From assembly GCA_023213395.1 (NCBI GenBank), contig CM041465.1, forward strand, positions 144,219,741 to 144,283,740: 64,000 nt of DNA, given 5' to 3'. The DNA is from Cycas panzhihuaensis. Lineage: Eukaryota > Plantae > Cycadophyta. A program made the translations under genes and the position numbers. Within the stretch, counting starts at the first letter, position 1, and each line of letters begins with the position of its first letter. Below are positions 54,321-64,000 of the stretch, in pieces. The notes under the pieces were generated by a model. That model did no database searches and was not told where the DNA came from. It saw only the letters and a list, made by a program, of their open reading frames with translations.

Positions 54321-56997
54321 TGTCAGTCATTGATAAAGTTGATCAGAATATTGAATTTGCTTCAACTTCAAAAATTGCTTGGGACATAATCGTTTCATTG
54401 TATGAACGAAAAGATGATGCACGAATTGTTATGTATAAAGCAAAATTATTCAGTTTGAAGTATGTTGCTCCAATGGCAACCTACCTATCTTCAATTAAGG
54501 CTATTAGTAATCAACTGACAGCACTTGGCAAACCAGTCACAAATGAAGACCTAGTTGCTGCAACAATTCATGCTTTGCCTAAAGAATACAATGGTTTTAT
54601 TTCTGACATTTCTCGAAATGGAACTTTGTCAATTCTAACTTTCAATGAGTTAGAACGTTTATTGCCGCAAGAAGAAGAAAATTATTCACGGCAAGATGAA
54701 ACAAGCATATCTGGTGCTTTCTCCGCGAAATTCAAACCTAAGCAGCAATTTCAGCCCAAGTAAAATGTTTTGAAAAAATTTGGCAGTCTTAACATAAAAT
54801 AAAAAACCGTCGTCTGTCATTATTATGGAAAAGTTGGCCACATTCAGCGTGACTGCAGAAAACGTCAACATGACTTGCAACAACCACAACAACAACATAT
54901 TCAACGCCAACAACATCAACAGCAACAGAATCAGCATCAACAACAGCAACAACGTCAGTAGCAACAAGGACCAACTTGAGGTATATTCCGAGGTGGTTGA
55001 CAAAGAAGGACGAATCGTGGTGGCTTTCAAGGCCACACAACACAACATGATCTAAGTGAAATGACTTTTTTTGCATATAGTGGCAGTCATAATGATAATA
55101 CTTAGATCATTGATTCAGGTGCATCACGTCATATGACAGGTGATGCAAACATATTGTCAAATTTTCAAGAATGGTAGGGGGGAACAGTGACATTTGGGGA
55201 CAATGCCACTATCGAAATATTAGGTGTAGGACAAATTACACCTCATGATTATCATTTTGCATTTCCTAGTGGAAATGTTTTCCTAGTTCCTGGAATGCCC
55301 AAAAACTTGCTTTCTGTTAGTCAACTTGATAAGCAGTAGATGAGTGTGCTATTCAAAGACAGAAAGTGTATCATCAGGAACAAAGACGACTAGATAGTTG
55401 CAGTTGGTCATGAAGATCGTGGCCTCTACAAATTAGATACAACATCTGGATCATCTCATGTATATGTCTCCCATTCTGTAAATAAGACTCAATTGTGGCA
55501 TGAAAGACTTGGACATTTGAATCTTGATAGCATCAGGGAGATGTTCAGACACAATTTGGTTTATGGCTTACCCAAAATCTCTGGGGGTAATTGCCTTTGC
55601 GAGTCATGTCTTCTGGGGAAGCAACATCGAGAACCTTTTGAGAAAGGTAAGGCCTGGAGAGCATAACATCCACTACAACTTGTACATTCTGACATTTGTG
55701 GTTCCATGACCACTCAGTCTCATGGAGGATCATCATTCTTCATGACATTCATTGATGATTTCTCACATAAAGTATGGGTCTACTTTCTAAAACATAAGTC
55801 AGAAGCTTTGAACAAGTTTAAGGGATTTAAACTTGCAGTCGAAAATGAATCAGGCATGCAGATCAAAATACTACGAACAGATAATGGAGGTGAGTATACG
55901 TCCAAGGATTTTAATCATTTTTGTATTCAAAATGGCATCAAACACCAATTTTTTGCCTCTTACACACCGCATCAGAATGGTGTAGCAGAAAGAATGAACA
56001 GAACCTTGGTCAGTAGAGCAAAAGCTATGATGCATGCCAAAAGTCTCTCATTAGCATATTGGGCAGAAGCACTTCATATTGCTGCGTACCTATCAAACCG
56101 CAGCTCAACTTCTGCACTTTCGGGTATGACACTCGAGGAGGCCTGGACTGGCCAAAAACCAATGGTCAACCATTTACGAACTTTTGGATGCACGGACTAT
56201 ATCAACATTCCTCACGAGCAACGTTGGAAATTCGACGACAAAAGTCTCAAATGCATCTTTGTTGGATATGCTCTTTGCAGTAAAGCGTATCGATTGTTTG
56301 ATCCCCTTACCAAAAAGATGCATACTTCACTAGATGTTGTCTTTGCAGAAGACAATCGGGAGATCGACGTCAGCACTCTTCCTCTCTCCCTTGACAAAGG
56401 CAAAGCCATTCTTGAAGAATTTGTCCCTTCATTTTTCTCAACACCTTGTACTTCCTCTGCACTAGCTGCTTCTTCTTCCTCCTCATCTTCCTTAGTACCT
56501 TCATTGTGTCCTTCTTCTTCTGAGGTTCAACAATCACCTCCATTAGAGGACAATGAAGCTACATCAACGAAGAAGCTACCCAAATGGTACATGCAAATTA
56601 TTGCAGATTCACAAATTGTTGAAGGAAAATGACCATCTAAAATGCAGCCTTCACCCACTATCAATTACGCACTTATGGCTGAAGTGCTTACTGCTCTTGA
56701 GCCTTCCACTTTTGAGGAGACATGTACAGACGAAAAGTGGCAGGCTGCCATGGATGATGAGATCCACTCCATTTATCAAAATGACACATGGGACTTGGTT
56801 GAGTTACCACCTGGCAAACAAGCCATCAGTTGTAAGTGGATCTGTAAAATCAAGTATAAGTCTGATGGTACTATAGAGCGAGATAAGACTTGCCTTGTTG
56901 CTAAAGGTTTCAAATAGCAAAAAGGCATCGATTACACTCAGACATTTGCACCAGTGGCCAATATGAACACCATCAGAATTGTTATGGCCTTAGCTAC
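54321..56997 (+). pseudogene. copia C gag-pol, 5' part (Gag with N-terminal deletion, PR, IN, RT start)
   Basis: IIDSGASRHMTG, LVHSDICG, LRTDNGGEY, QNGVAERMNRTL, QNDTWDLVELPPGKQAISCKW; in-frame stops at former CGA/CAG/TGG codons. Confidence 0.92.
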
Positions 56998-59900
56998 TGT
57001 TGGCGTTAAAATTGACTCAATGGCTGTATTGACCAAAGGGAGGCAAGTACGGACCACGCGGAGGTACGCACGAGGCGAAACAGTGAAAAAAACCGGCGTG
57101 CAGGTGCGTGTATGGCAGTGCGTGCACGGGCACTACGACACGCATCGTGCGTGGCGGAACGAAGCGATGCACGCACGACAAGACGGTGGGCACAGGAAGG
57201 CGCCGGACGTGCGTCTGGACCTAATGAAGACATTAGTTAAAGTGCATAACTAATGATTAAAGTGAAAGGGTACCTTGGTGACAAAAAGGTATGGTTATGA
57301 CTTTAGGGTCATAACCTTTCATCCAAAAGGCATCAAAGGGACATATTTAATGGTGCTTTGAGGACCATTCCAATGTGAGAGCCGAGTTATTCATTCCTAT
57401 GTCATGTGCTCGAGGGTGAGAGCCGGAGATCAAGGGTACGCAAAGGTGCAGATGACAGTACGTATGACAGCCGATTGGAGCATGAGTGCATGATAAGTAC
57501 CATCCGGCACGCATATGTAACAGAGATCGATGTCTTTGGAATGCTCAGAACGCATTCCACTGTGTAAATAAACTGCTGAATTAATAAGAGAAGAGTTATG
57601 TGGAAATTGGTGCATTCTTGATGTGTGTAGATGATGTCTGTCAAGTATGTATTGAATTGCATCTGCATGTACCATTCTGTGAATTATATATGGAATTATA
57701 TGTGGAATATATGTGTATAACCATGTTGACAGTGTGCTAAAACTAGACTATAGCGCTGTGTAACCTTGACAAGTGCATTGATTCCACGAAGGGTGTGGAA
57801 TCTAGCAGTCAACATTGGTTCCGTTGCCTACGTCCATTGAGGAGGGATAGGGCCTAGGGGTTTCAAAGAAAAAAAGAATGTGTAAAGGCGAGGACCACAG
57901 GCCGCCGTGATGGCGGGTCAGAATTAAGCCACAGGCAGCCTGTGGGACCTTCCAATGCCACCTAAGAGGCCTTCAAGGTCGGAAGAGCCCCAAAAGGATA
58001 CTTCACCTAAGGAAAAGAAACCCGGCAGCAAAGGGCACTAAGATGGTCAAAAGAGGCAAAACTCAGAAGGGCGAGGAGACTAAGTTCGCAAAACAACGAG
58101 ACTAAGGGACGGTCAGTTGAAGGATCCGAGGCAAGTGGAGCCCAGACACCTCGGGAAGAAGAAACCCATGGCGAACGATGGTATTGACACCAACCCCTAT
58201 CGGAGATGATTTGTTTAGCCCTAATTGGAAGGAAGCCTAAAGTGGACGAAAAACATAAGGAAATCTTAACAGAGGTTAGTATACCAGTTGTGGACAGCCC
58301 GAAGGACCTAGGTGACAGTGATAAGAAGGCGGAGGAAGGTCCCTCGGCATATTGGGAAAACAAGCTAACGAGGCAGCTATTTGAAGATTCGATGTAAAAG
58401 GGTTACGATCAATCTTACATTACAGAACACCATTGACAATACAAGTTCCGTGTAGTGGAACCGATACGTATAAAAACTCCGTTCAAAAATCCGTTGTTTG
58501 GAGAGGATACGGCAGCAGTAGTCACTCCCAGTACATCCCCAAAGGACGGAGGAGGGGAAAGATCACCATCAGGGGAGGAACGGTTGCAATCTCCCAAGAT
58601 GGACGACCATAGAGATTTCGGAAATTAATCTTCAATGATACTTGACGCAGAGCATGTGTATTTGTTTGTAATCTCATTGATGTTAGAAAAATAACTGACG
58701 AAGATGAGATTAAAGCACGCTCATTGTACATTGAGAGGTGTACCCTTGGCTTGGTATAAGGAAACGAACAAAAATGAGCCATGGGCAAAGATGAAGAAAG
58801 CGTTCAAAGAGAGATTCCAAAAGTTTCGCAAAGAATGAAGCTGTGGAAATCGCATTGCGAGAAATCAGGCAGAGGCCGGGGGAATCCGTCCTAACTTACA
58901 TTAGTAGAATGAAGATTATTGCGGCAAGTATGATCAATGAGACAATTACGGATCATAACATGAAGAATTACTTCGTCAGAGGGCTAAATGAGAAGTTGCG
59001 AGCCATGATGCATGCTCATCCGCTGAAATCATTCAAGAATGCTCAGGAGTTGGCATTGGATTTCGAGATGGAAATGGATGCTCAGGCAGGGGGACAAGAT
59101 TCCTTGCTGCTAAGATTGCAAGATGAGATTAGAGAGCTGAGACAGAATTAGCACAATCGACCCTTCTGCCAGGTTGGAGTAGCAGAAGAGGAGTCTGAAT
59201 TAGAGGCACTGAGGAAAGAAGTAGCCCGATTGAAAATCAGAAATAATCGGGAAGAAGAAGAGACACCAAAGAAGAAAGAGCACACTGGAAGGGTGACCAA
59301 GTGGTGCCATATTTGTGAAGAAAACTCACATACCACTCGGGAATGTGATTTGAACTTAAAAAACAACGCGACGCACCAGCAGGAGAAGTGGTGCCACATA
59401 TGTGAGGTTGATACCCACACAACTAGGGATTGTTTCTACAATTCCAAAGGAAAATCATTCAGAGGTCGAGGTCGGGAAGAGGCAACCCACCTCGCAATGT
59501 GTATACAACGAGGGGTGCAGAGCCCTCAAGAAAGAAACAAATGGGAAGATGCCTCATTTGCCTCTGATTCGCCTTTGGAAGTCCGAATGCCCGATGAAGC
59601 TAGAATACGAACAAAACCGTTCAGAGGTGGTAAATCGTGGCCCAAGTGACCACAAAATGTAAGATTGCAAGGGTAAAGCCAAAGCAACGAACTTAATGAC
59701 GATCGTCTTAAACGAAAATGTGAAATTGCGTAATAAACAGAAGAGAAAGTGGATGAAGAATATCCACACCCCCCAACTGAATTGGATCGATACAAAAAAG
59801 CAAAACAAGTGTTAGACGGTTTAATCCAGGAGGAAAATATACTACCAATGGGTAAGCCAGAAACAAAAAATGTTTACGTTCGGAAAAACAAACAAAAAGA

Positions 59901-62401
59901 GCCAGCGAAACTACTAGAAGATCTTACAACAAAACCCCAAATGGTGCAAATGGAAGAGTTGTTTAAAGGATTACCAGCAGAAGATATTCCCAGAATGTTG
60001 TTATTGATGGAGAATCTAGTGAAGCAGTTGCAGTTAACTATTCCTCTGTCTCAAGTTATTGATTGGATTAAAGGAGGAGTGCTACAAAAAGGAATTACCA
60101 AGAGTTGGAAGCAAATCATGCCATCATTCGACATGGATCCGATGGTAACCATGTCAGTTTTGGGAGAAAAGTTTCCGAGAGTGATCGTTGATGGGGGAGC
60201 AGCTGTGAATGTACTGCCCACCTCGACATGGCGAAAGTTGGGGAGTCCAAAGTTGGAAGCGGCAACCTATTCGTTAAAACTAGCCAATGAATTGTTGGTG
60301 CGACCCGTGGGGAAACTAGCCAACATCAAGGTGGATGTGGCAGGAATTGTTGTAAAGATCGATTTTACGATTGTGGAAACGGAGAAAGGTGCAACTCCCT
60401 ATCCACTTTATTGGGAGACCATGGCTATACAAAACCCAATGTCTCCAAAGTTGAAGACGTAACCTTCACCTTATCAGATGAAGGAAATAAAGTAGTATTA
60501 CCAATGTTGGGGAAGAACTCCATTGAGGTGATACCTGACAATGGATCAAGTACAACCATTGTAAGGGAAGCAACAACTTCTTCATGTGACAAAGAAAACC
60601 TCTATCATACTGCGGAGAAGCCTACAACATCGACCCATTACCAGAAAGAAGAATCGACCTATTTTGGAGAAATTTACAATTCTTCAGATGATGAAAACGA
60701 GATGAGATTTGTGGACTATTGGCTACGGGACGATTCTGAAGTCAACCCCTCATCCTATAGATGTAACCTACTTTCTTGGAATGTGACCAAAACAGTTGCC
60801 ACTCCAGAAGATAGAAATCATGGAGAATATGTTGGAAATTATGTAAAGCCCTTTTATGGAAAACCACTAGGTGGAATTTCCCATTTGAGACATTGTAGAG
60901 AACGTTGGTTAGAGAAGACCAATTAAGGAATCATAAGAAGAAATCGACAAAGCATACCACACCAAGGAAAAGGCGGAAAAGGACAAGGCACGACCGCCAC
61001 GACAAGACATCATATTTCAAGAAGGGTGATCGAGTATGGCGATTCGACAACAAATCCCAAACGACCCAAGGAGAATGGAAGATGCATTGGAAAGGCCCAT
61101 ACAGATTGAGAAAGTGTACCATAATGGCACTATCGAGTTGAAAAAACTCTCGTGCCGCTTATTGCCCGAAATGGTCAAGGGTAGTAAACAAACCCTATAT
61201 CAACTAGGATGGAGCAACTTACCAAAGGATCAACTGGTTGTATCATATCAGACAGCATGAAGTTGAGGCAAAATCGAATTGCCTTGATACCGAACGTGAT
61301 TCGCCTTCGGTATGTAACATAAAATGCAAAAAAAATTAAAAATGAAAAACCACCGTAACTCATATCATAAGCAATATGGTGAAGCATGGAGGAAAGATAT
61401 ACCATCATACGGAAAATCAAGGGAGAGTCAAACAAAACAAAGCACCAATCGATGAGGATTTATTAACCAAGAATGGCGACCAAGGAGGCGGAGGCGGGCA
61501 GCGAGCAACTTTAACAGAGAGAGGGAGGAATACCCCAAATTTTGAATTTTTGAGCAAGGATGCTCAACCCAATCATGTTGACCCGGATAGATGTTGGCGT
61601 TAAAATTGACTCAATGGTCAGATTGACCAAAGGGAGGCAAGCACGGACCACGCGAGGTACGCACGAGGCGAACAAATGAAAAACCAAAGCGTGCACGTAT
61701 GATGTGCACGTACGCAACGGCACGCACTACGACACGCATCAGAAGGCGGCGGCACGCACGACAAGACGACGGGACCAAGGAAGCCCGAAGTCGCGGGGCG
61801 ACGCACGGACCTAATGAAGACATTAGTTAAAGTGCATAACTAATGATTAAAGTGAAAGGGTACCTTGGTGACAAAAGGTATGGTTATGACTTTAGGGTCA
61901 TAACCTTTCATCCAAAAGGCATCAAAGGGACATATTTAATGGTGCTTTGAGGACCATTCCAATGTGAGAGCCGAGTTATTCATTCCTATGTCATGTGCTC
62001 GAGGGTGAGAGCCGAGATCAAGGGTACGCAAAGTGCGTGATGACAGATGTGATGATTGATATTTTGAGCATGAGTGCATGATAAGTACCATCCGGTACGC
62101 AACATATATCGATGTCACTGAATGCTCAGAATGCTCAGAACATTCCACTTCGTAAATAAACTGCTGAATTAATAAAAGAAGAGTTATGTGGAAATTGGTG
62201 CATTCTTGATGTGTGTAGATGATGTGTCAAGTATGTATTGAATTGCATCATTGCATGTACCATTCTGTGAATTATATATGGAATTATATGTGGAATATAT
62301 GTGTATAACCATGTTGACAGTGTGCTAAAACTAGACTATAGCGCTGTGTAACCTTGACAAGTGCACTGATTCCACAAGGGAGTGGAATCTATAAGTCAAC
62401 A
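56998..62401 (+). mobile_element. Non-autonomous Ty3/gypsy element F (5404 bp; Gag plus protease, no RT, RH or IN core)
   Basis: LTRs 56998-57814 and 61592-62401; TSD GCTAC at 56993-56997 and 62402-62406; PBS 57816-57828; host RT reading MALAT|QCKWPLYQMD resumes after the insert. Confidence 0.95.
58590..61210 (+). pseudogene. gag-protease of F plus integrase C-terminal GPY-type remnant
   Basis: IRQRPGESVLTYISRM, FVRGL, WCHICEENSHTTREC, WCHICEVDTHTTRDC, VIVDGGAAVNVLP, then FKKGDRVW...WKGPY; disrupted by frameshifts and several stops. Confidence 0.85.
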
Positions 62402-62406
62402 GCTAC

Positions 62407-63811
62407 ACAATGCAAGTGGCCATTATATCAGATGGATGTCAGAAGTGCCTTTCTTAACGACGATTTGACTGAGGAGGTCTACCTGGAACAACCTCCTGGA
62501 TATATTTCTGTCGGCAATGAACATCTTGTCTATCGCCTTAAAAAGGCCTTGTATGGTCTAAAATAGGCGCCATGTGCTTGGTGTTCAAAGATCGATGACT
62601 ACTTTTTGTAGCACAATTTTCATCGATCCACATCAGATTCGAACCTGTATATCAAGGTTCAAAACTAGCACATCACTCTAGTTGTTCTTTATGTTGATGA
62701 TTTAATTATCACAGGCAATTATGTAAATCTGATTGAGTGTCTCCAAAGGGATTTGAAAAGAAGTTTTGAGATAGAGAGATCTCAGACTTTTTCACTATTT
62801 CCTTGGCATGGAAGTGTGGCAGCAGCCAGGTCACATTTTCCTTTCTCAAGTCAAGTATACATGGAACATTTTGCAGCGATTCAGAATGGAAGACTGCAAA
62901 CCTTCACCAACACCCATGGAGACAGGTACAAAATTATCGATGAATGAAGAATTCCACCAACTAGTGGGTAGTCTCATCTACTTGACTAACACTAGACCTG
63001 ACATTTCATATGAATATGTTATGATCAACCCCAATCAAGGAATGCAAAGGTACTTTGGAGTATGGTCTTATGAGAACTTCAGAAGGTTTCTTAGATTCGA
63101 TGCCAAGATAAATGTACCTCATGTTATTGTTTCAACCTTGTAGAATACAAAGCATGTGAGGCTATTTGGCTCAGACGGATTCTTGAAGAGCTTGGACTTG
63201 AGCAAACACTACGCACCAAAATGGTAGTATCAAGATTGCCAAATTGAAAGACGAAATGGAGCAGATACAGGTGCCAGAATCTATTGAGAAGCTAGAGAGG
63301 ACATTGAAATATGAAGGACTATACACTTAGATTAAAGAAAAGATTTAATACGACACAAAAGATGATAGGGAGGAGTATTGCACTTCAACTCAACCTATCA
63401 TAACACACAAGTATGAAGGAGAATTCTTCCCAACACTTCACCTACAAGAGATACTTACAATAGCATAACCTTAGTCAAAATGCTATTTGCGCAGCATGTG
63501 AGGCTATTTGGCTTAGACAGATTCTTGAATAGCTTGGGCTTGAGCAAACACTCCCAACACCATTGTATTGTGACAATCAGAGTGTTATCAAGATTGCCAA
63601 GAATCAGGTATTTCATGCACGCACCAAGCATATTGAGGTCTATCACCATTTTATTAGAGAGCATGTGCAGCATGGTGAAATCAACCTCGTTTACAAGCTG
63701 ACCAATCATCAACTAGCCAACATCTTAGCCAAGCCACTTGGGAAAGGGAAGTTCGAGCATTTCAGAAGCGGCCTCGACATTCGACTTTATGCTGTATCCA
63801 TTCAGGGGGAG
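62407..63811 (+). pseudogene. copia C pol, 3' part (RT-RNase H), rearranged at 63010-63600
   Basis: WPLYQMDVRSAFLN, LKKALYGLK, LYVDDLII, QLVGSLIYLTNTRPDISY, YCDNQSVIKIAKNQVFHARTKHIEV. Confidence 0.92.
63239..63485 (-). repeat. Inverted R-U5 LTR fragment of the B/C family inside C's RNase H
   Basis: Reverse complement aligns to 52015-52262. Confidence 0.9.
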
Positions 63812-64000
63812 TGTTAGAACCTTCATTCCTAAGCATTAAGTCTTGACCTTGTGTATTAGTACTTTTGTCACTTTAGGCCCCTTAACCTAAAGTGTTCATT
63901 TGTTTGATTATAAAATTGTCTTTTGTCTTGTAGTGACTTTTCTCACATGTGCTTGTGAGAAGTCAACTTTTGTGGGCTCTATTTTTATCCTTGGAGATAG

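Larger units (their letters stand above)
51720..64000 (+). mobile_element. Ty1/copia element C, near full length, interrupted by F; 3' LTR runs off the window
   Basis: 5' LTR 51720-52256; PBS TGGTATCAGAG at 52260; Gag-PR-IN-RT-RH; PPT AGGGGGAG at 63804-63811; 3' LTR from 63812, 7 mismatches over the 189 bp visible. Confidence 0.95.

Noticed and set aside
57217-57280. Hammerhead ribozyme (retrozyme) in F LTR: CTAATGA, a 9-bp hairpin, then GAAA
   Set aside because: Core reads CTAATGA rather than CTGANGA in both LTRs, stem II does not close directly against GAAA, and no stems I/III were found.

Overview
Plant nuclear DNA from a large, repeat-rich genome; giant TE-filled introns suggest a gymnosperm or similar lineage (inference). 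Positions 1-24,400 are AT-rich intergenic DNA with a decayed Ty1/copia (A), a 5'-truncated RNase H-bearing L1 LINE with target-site duplication (TSD), and a 3.2-kb internally deleted Ty3 element. One host gene, missed by the ORF track, is recognisable: TIM10 (+), with coding exons 25033-25077 and 34600-34652. They are separated by a 9.5-kb intron and followed by an intron apparently longer than 29 kb that leaves the window. The introns hold copia B (-), a degraded Ty3 RT fragment (G), Ty3 element E, a 4.2-kb non-autonomous copia derivative (D) in E's LTR, copia C (same family as B, +) in E's integrase, and a 5.4-kb Gag-protease-only Ty3 element (F) in C's RT. Best leads: (1) an inverted insert in C matching the family's predicted minus-strand strong-stop DNA from tRNA CCA to the predicted start site; (2) leader and U5 hairpins conserved in structure but not stem sequence between E and F; (3) extra capsid-like modules between protease and RT in E; (4) a tandem hairpin array amplified from RNase H coding sequence in D. 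All alignments and counts were done by eye.
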